DNA from: Octopus sinensis
Taxonomy: Eukaryota
Assembly: GCF_006345805.1 (NCBI RefSeq)
Contig: NC_043020.1
Coordinates: 18,538,001-18,602,000 of the forward strand
Direction of reading: 5' to 3'
Length of the DNA stretch: 64,000 bases
Made by a program: the position numbers and the translations under genes. Positions 36,971-48,162 of this stretch are shown here, in pieces; within the stretch, counting starts at the first letter, position 1; every line of letters begins with the position of its first letter. Under the pieces are notes generated by a model that did not search any database, was not told the DNA's origin, and saw only the letters and a program-made list of their open reading frames with translations.

Positions 36971-39409
36971 TATTATATATATATATGATCCTATAGATAG
37001 AAGTCAAAACAAGATTTTACCTTGGGGTTAGTATAAATCCTGACCATCAATAGAAATGTTTTCACCTCTGTCTACACAATCAAGTTTTGAATTCAAATGC
37101 CATGCACAGCGTTTATGCGAAAAAACCGGTAAATGTACTGTTCCGTGACAGAAAATTCAAGAAAATAAGTACTCCATCTTGTAAGAAATAAATATTATTT
37201 ATATATATTAAATATTGTGTGTGTGTGTGTGTGTGTGTGATTTAGGTAAAGAAAAACTGGTGGAAAAGGTACGCTGCAAAGAAGAGTACTTCTCTACTCG
37301 AGTTATTTTTTCCGAGGAAAAAGGAAATAAAATGTACACCACCGTTTCTTAGAAATAAAATCAATGAGAGATAAAATATCCTCAAAAGAAGGAATCGGAA
37401 GAAGTACTTGGCGATGGATGGGGGCACATATATTCCATCAATTGCGTCTGGGTGTATGCAACTGTCTGTCAGCTCTTGAAAACTGAAAGTGGAGGATCGG
37501 TAGAGCAGTTACGTGAAACCCATGTCTGCAGAGCAATGATATAATATATAGGGAAATGAAATATGAAGGCCACGGCCAGACATAGTAATCCTTCTTGTCT
37601 TGGTGTCAATCTTGCGTTTGTTACGAGCAAGTAGTGAGTTCGAACTGGATTCGCAGCAAATTGTGATGGGGTAAAACTTGTATGAACTTCCGGATTTTAA
37701 TGATACTCGAAAACCACAGGTCATTCTAGAACTGCAGGAGTGGACAAAGTGGAAGCAAAATGCTACTTTGTTCTTACAAATAACAGGGACTAACAAATAT
37801 TTCATATGACATATTATTTACACAGAATTTCTCGACAAAATATAGATCCGGAAGAAAACGAGATTATGTATTAATGAAGATAAATCAGAATATTTCTCCA
37901 AGTTTCGGACAGATTTTACGGAGTCTTATACCCCAACGACCCAGGGATTATGTGTTCTTATTTACTCTCTATAACCCAAGATCTCCTCACAAAGATTCGA
38001 AACGTCTCGACCAATTGACATCACGTGATGAAAGTAAGTAGTGGTAGCATACTCAAGAGCCTAAGGTAGCCTGATATATACAAGTGAAAGTTTAAATTAT
38101 GGAGTTTTAAGATCTTGTTAAATTTCTTCTAACCTCTTCAAGTTTTTCTCACTTTCACTGGAATATTTACAGAAATGTAGCTTTGATGGAGCTTTGCATG
38201 CTAAGGATGAAAATCCTATTCATTTTTTCCCATGGAAATTAATAATACACAAGTAACAAGCATTTATGATCATATGATTTTAATCAATCGGCAGCCTCCA
38301 TTACTGGATATGTTTTTATAAATAAAAGTCAGTCTCTTTGGATGTAATCTTTCATTGAATTCATGACCCTTAAAACACTTATGACGACGATGGTGCTGCT
38401 GTTGCTGCTGCTGCTGATGATGATGATGGTGAGGGTATTGATGGCATTCTTTCTCCAACACCAAACCTTGTAAAACAATTACATTATGAGAAAAGAGGAA
38501 GTACATTTAATATCGATCTGTGGGATGCAGTAAGTGTTTTCGTCATCAGCACGCAAACTACATCAGGACTATATTTTTTGTAAATACTTTAGATGCAGTC
38601 ATTCATCAAGCGCAGAACGAGGCAAGGTAGCTGGCACCTAGAAAGTCGCCAGGCACTCACAGCCCTTTGTCAGACGGGCAATGCGGTTGGGGAAAGTTCC
38701 ACCATGATGTTCTTTTGCTGATTAGTGGCAGACAAGAGTGATGGCGTTCTCGGGGAAATTCTCGGCATCGACGAGAATCACGTGGCTGGTTTGTTCTGGT
38801 GGTCTTTCGGTCCAGAGTTTATCAGTACATTTGATCAAATGTTCGTGCCGCACATTACCTCGCTCTCCTCCATCAAATTCACATTGTCTGAACAAGTGCC
38901 ACGCATTAGGTGTTGAAGTGATTGCAGTGCAACAGGAAATGAAGTGTTTTGCTCAAGAACACAATGCACCGCCCGGTCTAGGAATTGAAACCACGATCTC
39001 GCAATCGTGAGTTCAAAACCCTATCAATTTAATATACATACCGAAAGAACTACTAATAGTTTCATGCTTTTATGAACTTGACATATTTATAAAATATACC
39101 ATGAATCTTTTAGTTAAAGTATCATAAAGGCATAAAACTGTTAGCGGCTCTTTTGGTTGAGTATTAAATTGATATTTCTCTCTCATTGGATGGAATAATT
39201 TGTTTGTTGATTCTACCCATAATGGATCTCTCTCTTTCTACACACACACAAACACACACACACATTTATACATACATGGCGCATTTCTTCAGTTTCTGCC
39301 AAGCAAATCCACAAAGCTTTGGTCGAAATTGGGCTATACTAGAAGACATCAGTCCAAAGCGCCGCGCAGTGGAACTGTTTCCAAGGCCACATGGCTGGTA
39401 TGCAATATT

Positions 39410-39830
39410 CTTATTTCTTTATTGCCCACAAGGGACTACACACAGAGGGGACAAACAAGGACAGACAAACGGATTAAGTCGATTACATCGACCCCAGTGC
39501 GTAACTGGTACTTAATTTATCTACCCCGAAAGGATGAAAGGCAAAGTCGACCTCGGCGTAATTTGAACTCAGAACGTAACGGCAGACGAAATACCTATTT
39601 CTTTACTACTCACAAGGGGCTAAACACAGAGAGGACAAATAAGGACATACAAAGGGATTAAGTCGATTATATCGACTCCAGTGCGTAAATAGTACTTATA
39701 TAATCGACCCCTAAAGGAAGAAAAGCAAAGTTAACCTCGGCGGAATTTGAGCTCAGAACGTAACGGCAGACGAAATAGCGCTAAGCATTTTGCCCGGCGT
39801 ACTAACGCTTCTGCCAGCTCGCCGCCTTTG
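39410..39830 (-). mobile_element. SINE family B with internal tandem duplication
   Basis: Two consecutive body units (GGATTAAGTCGATT...GAACTCAGAACGTAACGGCAGACGAAATA) and one head. Further B copies at about 2105-2260, 2325-2460, 9755-9932, 32735-32950, 50915-51095 and 51320-51492. Confidence 0.85.
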
Positions 39831-40542
39831 GTATTCAGTATTTTTGCCACATAGCTTCGCCTACGACTTTATTTCGTATGTCGTGTTTATATATTTATGT
39901 CCTGGTGGAGTTTGGTTACATATATTTGTTTGCACCTCATTTCATCACCCTCCAAGCACAAAGTACTCTTTCAGTCTTGAATATCATCAGTCAAGATATC
40001 TGCATTTCTACGTCTTATATTTGGCAAGCTTTTCCCTATATTTTGTTCAGGAATATAATGTTATCTGTTGGAATTAATGCATCCATTAGGGAGATGTAGT
40101 TTTCTATTCGTCTTTAATAAAAAGTATGTAACAGATTTAGCTTAATCTCCCTGTTCATTGAAACTGATATTTATCGGTATAATACGATCTATTCGCTCTT
40201 CTCTGAGATCTCTCGTCGTGTGTGCCCATGCTATCCATTCTTGTATGTTGACTTGTGGATTACCATAGTCTTGATAGAGAAGGCCTAATTTTTAGTAGTG
40301 TATGAAACAGAAATCTTGAAGTAAATGTATCTAAATATAGTGTTTTGTCTGAAACTGTGGTGCAAAACAACATGAAAGATAGATTCTTTATATTTGAAGA
40401 TGTGGATGATTGGCTGTGTGGTTATACTAAAATACGAAATATCCAACCGGAAGATGTTTCAAATCTATATAACAGTATCGCTAAATTTCGCAGCTATTTG
40501 TCAATAGGAGCAGGTGTGGATGTGTGGTAAGAAACTAGCTTT

Positions 40543-42300
40543 CGCGCATGCGTGTTGTCAGTGTTGTTCGTACCACTGAATAGAAGTCGTCACGCTGGTT
40601 TGCAGCGGGCGAAAATTGATTGTAAAAGAAGCTCAACTGTAAGGTAAGACTTTTGTTTTTTTGGGTCCAGTGGGGGTTTGTTGTTTGCCGTAATTATTTT
40701 TGTACAAACAAGAAGTCCTCACTGGATTCTGGATTCTGGTCTGCCTGCAGTTGAGTGAATAGTTTTTCTCACTGAATTGTGAGAATTGTTTTGGAGGCGT
40801 ACCTCGCTTCCAAAAATTTGTTCACTTTTAGTGAATAGGCTTTTAAAAAAATTGTGAGAATTCACTGAAGATACAACAACTTCTTTTACCAATTTTTGTG
40901 GAAGCTGTGTTCGAAGTTGTGGCATTCCGGGTTCAAGTTGGAGTACCAAATAGGCCTGGTTTACCGAGTGGCCAGAAGATTTTTTGCTTGCTGTTTTTTG
41001 AACTGTAGACTGTTTTCTTTCCTTCTTCAATCGTTTTTGTGACTTTCTTTTTATTGAACTGTTTTCTCTTTTCTTCCTTCCTTTTTGTTGTGACTTTCTT
41101 CCGATTTTTTTCTTTTTCTTCCTTCTTTTTGTTTTGAATTTTTATCTGAACTGTTTTTGGACTTTTTATTTTAAAAAAAACATGGCAAAGAACAAGGACA
41201 ATGTTTTGGAGTGGGAAATTGTTCCACCCAAACAGTGGTTGAAAGACTGTGAAGAGAGGACGGGGTTGTTGAGGACTTACTCCAAGTCGCTCGACACCAT
41301 CGCCCTATTTGAAAAGAATGTTATCGAAAGGGAGTTGGCAGAGTATCGGCCAACAATTAAATTCATCTCCAGGGATGTCAAATATGCAACGGTATGGTTC
41401 CTATTTGACACTCCTGATGAGGCTCGCAAATTTGCGAGCCAGCCCTTGGAGGGCAGAGAGATTTTGTTTCTTCCCACGTATTGTGGGAGGAAGTTGACGA
41501 GGGCTTAGGTCTGTGGTTTGCCACCCTGAATAGAACCCGAGTGGATAGAGGACACTATCCACCGGCGTCTGGGTAGCAGCGGAGCCAAGCTCCTCAATGT
41601 AAAAATTTTGCCTGCGGCTGATTGGGTGAGGTCAAAAGCGGTTTTGACCCTGTGGACCCAATCAGCCAAAATTCTGGTATTTCCAGATTTTTTGAAAATG
41701 GCCGGGTGCAGGTACCCGGTGATTCTTGAGGGGTCCCCCACCAGGTGTCATCGGTGCCTGGAGCCTGGCCATATAAAGAAAAATTGTCCCCAGGAACAAA
41801 GTAAGGTCCTGGAGCAGTTGGCTGAGACCTCTGTAGAAGAGGGAACGAAGGCTGCCAAGGAGGCGGAGGACTCCTCAAAGAAGGGTCGCAAGAGGAAGAA
41901 GGTGAGCAACAATGGGTGCTCACCGAAGGATCCTAGGGAAGAGGGAGGGGAGGCGAATCTCCCGATCACGGAGGAGACGCACCCTCCCTCAGTTGAGAAG
42001 AAAAAAGAGGAAGAGGAAGAGAAACAGGTCATTGCCGGCAGTCGGTGACATAGTACCGGAACCTCGTCGGTGTGGGTTGTGCCACCGTTAGAGGAAGAGA
42101 CACCGTCGATGGGAATTGTGCCGCCGACGGTAGAAGTGACTACCTCATCTCCGGAGGAAGACGAATTATTGGTCTTCTACAGAGGCGGAGAGGTGGAGAA
42201 GATGTTGGAAAAACACCATAAGGGAGTACCTTTAGCCTGCACACGGGATCCCGAATGGCCTCCGCAGAGAGCTGTGGAGGTCATAACGCTGCCCTCACTA
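40543..42300 (+). mobile_element. Tx1/L1-clade non-LTR retrotransposon, 5' half (5'UTR + ORF1), 3'-truncated
   Basis: One reading frame from ATG 41182 to about 42300 with three premature stops (41506, 41527, 42046); RRM-like N-terminal region and CCHC knuckle CHRCLEPGHIKKNC; T-rich 5'UTR; paralog at 45565-47065. Confidence 0.8.
41182..42300 (+). pseudogene. Disrupted LINE ORF1 (gag-like nucleic-acid chaperone, zinc knuckle)
   Basis: MAKNKDNVLEWEIVPPKQWLKD...LTRA*VCGLPP*IEPEW...CHRCLEPGHIKKNCPQ...; ORF-track pieces at 41134, 41608 and 42070 share one frame. Confidence 0.8.
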
Positions 42301-43009
42301 AATATGACCAGGCTGTAGGTGTTTCTAGCACCCTAATCATATTTAGTGACAATTAAAGTTTTCCTATATGTGTGTTTCAAGCTCTTTGTCATCAAGCTTG
42401 ATATGGCCTTTCACTGCGCCCTCCTGAGTGAGGATTATTGTCTTCTTTACACTGATGACCACGAATGATAACATCAGCAGAAATACGAGAGATAGTGATC
42501 CGCAAATCACATTATCTCGATGGTCAGTCCGGCGCATTTTATGAACATATATCAGCAGGTCGATCGACAACTTCCTGGTAGATACTTTCCACAATTAGCA
42601 GCAGAGCGTAAAATTCTCCAGATCTATGAACCATGATATATTAGGACTAAGAAAGTAAACCCAACAAGAACTATGTTATAGATAATTGCCGGATCTTAAC
42701 TCTACCCAGAGCTTTAGATTTTAACCAAAAACACTAATTGTGACTTCTCCCTGCAGTTTTTCATCGTTTCAACGCAGCTGTTTAAAGCATATAAGAGCCG
42801 AACTCACAACCCTTTCTCTATGCTAATTAAGCTCATTAGCGAACGGCCTAATGGTTTCAGCCTATTTTCGAAAATTTATTGGCGATCCATTAGGGCTAAC
42901 AGGTGTGATAAACCTAGAAATCTCTTCTTCCAAATAATTCGATGTAACTGTCAATTTCTACCGTTACATATGTGTGTTCATGTATACGAAGATGTATATA
43001 TATATATAT

Positions 43010-43062
<53 letters not shown>

Positions 43063-43106
43063 CATATATATTGCTATATATATGTATATGTATATGTATA
43101 TATATG

Positions 43107-43182
<76 letters not shown>

Positions 43183-43254
43183 GTGTGTGTATATATATAC
43201 TTACATATATATATATATATGTGTGTGTGTGTGTATTCATACATATTTCGTACA

Positions 43255-43632
43255 ACGGCACTCCGTTCGTAACGACGATGAGGGACTAGTTGATTCGATC
43301 AACGGAATAGCTTGCTCGTGAAGTTAACGTGAAAGTGGCTGAGCACTCCACAGACACGTGTACCGTTAACGTAGTTCTTGGGGAGATTCAGCGTGATACA
43401 GAGTGTGACAAGGCTGACCCTTTGAAATACAGATACAAGAGAAACAGGAAGAAAGAGTGAGAGAAAGTTGTGGCGGAATAGTACAGCAGGATTCGACACC
43501 ACCAACTGCCGGAGTCTGTGGAGCGTTAAGTGTCTTTGTTCAATAAACATTAACAACACCCGGTCTGGGAATCGAAACCGCGAACCTGTGACCACGAATC
43601 CGCTGCCCTAACTGCTGGGCTATTGCGCCTCC
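43255..43632 (-). mobile_element. tRNA-derived SINE family C with a different 3' module
   Basis: Same head type; 3' module GAACTACGTTAACGGTACACGTGTCTGTGGAGTGCTCAGCCAC...GTTGATCGAATCAACT. Module also at about 12665-12830; related heads at 38815-39020 and 60480-60690. Confidence 0.7.
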
Positions 43633-43817
43633 ACTATCTCGTACACACTCATATGTATGCGTATATCTATCCACCCAACTATTTTTGTATACTTGTGTAT
43701 GTGTGTGTATGTGTATGAAGAGAAAAAAATATATATGTCTGTGTGCGTGTGCGTGTTAGTGTGTACATGTGTGCGTATATATATATATAATCATACATAC
43801 CTCTCTCTCTCTCTCTT

Positions 43818-43898
<81 letters not shown>

Positions 43899-44230
43899 TT
43901 CACACACACACACACACACATATATATGTGTATCAATGGTGATATTTCTAGACCCATTCATTGATATTCTTTAAATAAGCTGCAATTTGTGAGAGTTTCA
44001 AAGAAGTCGGAATTGGAACATCTCGCTAAATATATTTATCTTAGCTTACAATACTCTACTATTATTGAAAGAATCCAAGTAAGGTGCTGCTTTGTTTATA
44101 CGACCTTCCTGTTATAGTAGCAGACGACTCTGCTTTCGACCAATAGTTACCGTCTGAACAAAAACGGCAAGAAATATATATATATATAATATATAATATA
44201 TATATATATATAATATATATATATATATGA

Positions 44231-44261
<31 letters not shown>

Positions 44262-44274
44262 ATATAATATATTA

Positions 44275-44321
<47 letters not shown>

Positions 44322-44569
44322 CATATATATATAGTATTTTATTCTTTTACTTGTTTCAGTCATTTGACTGTGGTCATGCTGGAGCATCGCCTTTAGTCGA
44401 GCAAATCGACCCGATGACTTATTCTTTGTAAGCCAAGTAGTTTTTCTATCGCATTTTTTGCCGAACCACTAAGTTACGCGGCATAGACACACCAGCATCG
44501 GTTGTCAAGCGATGTTGGGGAGACAAACACAGACACACAAACATATACATATACATACATATATATATA

Positions 44570-45565
44570 CAGTAGTTGGACAAAATAAACTTAAAATTTC
44601 AAACAAACTTATTTTAATATGGGGTAGGACCGCCTTTGGCAGCAATTTCATCATGAATTCTACAAGGTATGGACTCGTACAAAGTTTGAATTGTTTCCAA
44701 AGGATTTTTTGTCCATTCTTCAGCTAAAACAGTCTCCCAGTTCTTGTAGTGATGATGGTGGAAGATATCGACTCCTTATTTTTTTTCTAAAATGCACCAT
44801 AAATGTTCAATAATATTGAGATCTGGGAACTGTGCTGGCCAGATCAGATGTTCAACTTCACTAGAATGTTCCTCGTGCCATTCAGTATCAACTTTAGCTG
44901 TGTGAATTGGTGAATTATCATCCTGAAAGATTGCGTTTCCCTCCGGAAACAGTTCCGCGACCATAGGATTAATTTGATGCGATAAAGTGCTTAAATAGCC
45001 TTGACTATTAATTCTGCCATGAAGAAAAACCATTGGACCAGCGGATTTCGAAGATATAGCCTCCCACCCACCCGATCATCACAGATCCTCCTCCATGTTT
45101 AACAGTTGGAAGGAGGCAGTCTGGGTCAAGTGCTTCCCCTGGCTGTCTCCACACGTATACCCGGCCGGCGGTCGGAAGTAAGGTAAAGGATGACTCGTCC
45201 GAGAAAAATAACATTCTTCCGCTGCTCTAGGGACCAATTCTGTAGGTTTTTATTGCACTCTAAACGCTTTGCAACGTTTGTTTTTGGAAGTAGTGGTTTT
45301 CTCATTGCAGCCCTCCCGTGAAATCCGGCTTTTTGCAGCTTCAGGTGAACAGTTTTTGTGGAAACCGGGGTTCTCGAGGTACTCATTAAGCTTTGCAGAC
45401 ATTTTGGGAGCTGAACTTTTGTGATCCTTTCTAACAGTTTGCGTAAGAGTCCGACGATCCATATCTGAAAGTTTTGGTTGTCTTCCGGAGTTTTGTTTCG
45501 ACGAGGAAGTTTTTCCCTTTTTCTCAAAGACTGTAACTACTTTCGAGACAGTAATTCTTTATCTC
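44570..45565 (-). mobile_element. Tc1-family element, 5'-truncated, frameshifted transposase
   Basis: TA + CAGTAGTTGGACAAAAT TIR; TVSKVVTVFEKKGKTS, RKPLL, FSDESSF, VKHGGGSVM, FQDDNSPIH, WPAQFPDLNIIEHLW, KGGPTPY* (stop about 44614). Confidence 0.9.
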
Positions 45566-47065
45566 ATTACATTTGCCCTAAAGGCATAGTGCAGATGGAA
45601 GGTTTGCGTGCTGGACACAGACACAATGGTGATGATGGAATGAAAAAAAAGATGGTTGGTGGGGGAAGCAGCCAACACCCGCCGATTGTTACTTCCCCAT
45701 AACATTGTCCTTTTTAAAAAACACAAATGAGGTGTTGAACCTCTTACAACAGTAATAAATTGAGGCGCTGAGCCTCTTACCAATCAAAAAAAAATCCAGC
45801 AAAGTATATCCAACTTGAGGCGCTAAGCCTCTTATAAATCTCCATGTTAGAATCGAAGCACTAAGACCTCGTTCTCTACCTTCCCGATTAAGTCTTCGCC
45901 GCCTGCAGTCGCAAGCCAGGGTCCCATAAGAGATCATTATATTCATCCTTGGTAAAGGAATCCATCACCCTGTAGAAATAATTTTCCTCCATGACCTCCG
46001 CAGCCACCTGCAGAGGCCAATCCGGGTTTTCAATGCAGGTCAGGACTGCCTGTTCCAGACCTTCCAGATTCCTCACAAATTTCTCTACGGCCCCTCCCTT
46101 GAGAAAGAAGGGCCCACAGGGTCAAAACAGCCTTTGACCCAACCCAATCAGCCACCGGCAAAATTTTAACATTAAGCAGTTTGAATCCGCTGCCACCCAG
46201 ACCCCGGCGGATAGTCTTCTCTATCTACTCAGGTTCTATCCCCGGTGGCAACTCGCAGACCCAAGCTCTTGTCAACTTCTTCCCACCATACGTGGGAAGA
46301 AACAAAATCTCTTTGCCCTCTAAGGGCTGGCTCGCAAACTTGCGTGCCTTCTCAGGGGTGTCAAATAGCAACCATACCGTTGCATATTTTACCACCCTGG
46401 AGATGAATTTAATAGTTGGCAAATACTTTGCCAACTCTTTTTCAATTTGAGTCTTTTTAAAGAGGACGAATAAGTCTTTAACACCACCGTCCTCTCTTCA
46501 AAGTCTTTCATCCACTGTTTGAGTGGGACAATCTCCCACTCTGACGCAGTGTTGTTTATCTTTTTTGCCATGTTTTTTGGGTGGGGGTGGGGGGAGTTCA
46601 CAGAGTTAAAAAATACAGGAAAGAAGGAAGAAGACAAGAAACAGTTCAAAAACACAGAAAACTATTCTTGCTGTCCTGGTACTTCTGGCTAACTCTGTAA
46701 TCCTTTTGGTAACCCAGGGCACAAAACAGTCACACAACAATTTCACCCCAAAATGGTGAAAAATAAGCACAATTATAGGAGGAGGGATACGCCCCTAAAA
46801 CACACTTCTCACCGCTAAGTGAGACTTTAAACACAACTGCAAGCAGACAATTTGCCAGGAACTCAGTGGAGATTTCTTGTTCGACAAAATAAATAAATAT
46901 GAGCTACAAACATCCACTGAATTCCCCCCATCAAAAAAAAAACAAAAAACAAAAACAGATGTCTTACCTGGTTGTTGTGTTTCACTTGTTCAATAATTCA
47001 TGACGTTGGCATACAACGACGTGACTCCTCGCAGTGCAAAGGGAACACTGACCAACGCTTGCGCG
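45565..47065 (-). mobile_element. Second Tx1-like LINE 5' half (5'UTR, internally deleted ORF1, inter-ORF spacer), inverted relative to the first
   Basis: MAKKINNTASEWEIVPLKQWMKDFEERT...KFASQPLEGKEILFLPTYGGKKLTRAWVCELPPGIEPE from ATG 46571. A frameshift near 46440 and a deletion after KAVLTLW remove the knuckle; it resumes at ...NPDWPLQVAAEV...AAKT* (stop 45888). Confidence 0.8.
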
Positions 47066-47570
47066 GGGAAACAAGCTTCTTACCACTCAGCCACTTCTTG
47101 ATATATCAAACATTTCGACTGTTTTCGTTACGCTAGCGCCATAAATTTGACCTCTTTGAAAGTCCGATAGATCTGTCATTATAATGAATTTTAATTACAT
47201 TTTTCTGATGATATCTGAAAAGAAACAGCAAAACATATTAAGCAACACTAATAATAAATCAAAAAAACATAAAAATAAACAAGCTTTTGATGGTTTTATA
47301 GATATTTCAAAATGATGATTCTATGATGCTAGGTGTTTCCATTAGTTTGTCCAGTTCTGTTCCGCCATCGACCGCTAGCCACTAAAGCTTTTCTTATTCT
47401 TTCTCTGTTTATTTTCTCGTGTTCCTTTCTGCTGAAGAGCGTAGGCTCGAAACATAAAAGGTTTTCTCACCTTCCCGAGCGTTAAACTAATACACCTGTT
47501 TGTTGTTTACACACCTGTCTTCGTCTTGTTTTTTTTGTAAATTCCAGCACTCTCTCTCTCTCTCTCTCTC

Positions 47571-47625
<55 letters not shown>

Positions 47626-48162
47626 GAAGATTTCTTTGAGTTTCTGTCTACCAAATCCACTAACAAGGCTTTAGTCAGTCCAAGGCTAAACTAGAATACA
47701 CACATGCCCAAGGTGTCACGCAATGAGACTGAACCCGGAACCATGTGGAGTGGTTGCAAACTTCTTACGAAACAGCCACGCCTGTATAAATCCCGGTTTG
47801 TAAATAGATACATCATATCACTGTTTGTCGTATGATGAGTATTTCAACAGTTTCATTGTAGATTTGATACAGCATGCCGGTCCACAGAATCAGAATTGTT
47901 GAGGGTGAGCGAAGAAATAGCACGTCTGGGAAGTTAATGAGTATCAGATATCAGGGAGTAGGTGTCTGCCATTTAATTGAGTGATCTTCGTATGGATGCG
48001 GTTTTGGACGCATGTATATAGTAAGAATACCATTGACAGTGATGTGAATTTCCCTACCCTATCAAATGTAGGGCACGTGGTAGTACCAATAGCTCACATG
48101 TGGAGAATTTTCAAGCAATGGAATATTTTCTGAACTTGAAGAACCCTGATGGGTGGAATTCT

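Noticed and set aside
37509-37805. 98-aa minus-strand ORF with a good acceptor
   Set aside because: Two alternative frames are equally plausible, neither chains to supported exons, and no family is recognised.
42360-42432. Inverted continuation of LINE ORF1 via CCTCACT microhomology
   Set aside because: It does not match the corresponding region of copy 2 and lies within an independent open frame; the match is only 7 nt.
45565-47065. ORF1-only HAL1-like element as the main explanation
   Set aside because: No polyA or 3' tail is visible, and the sequence ends in a fusion with mid-Tc1 transposase, pointing to deletion; kept only as a minor alternative.
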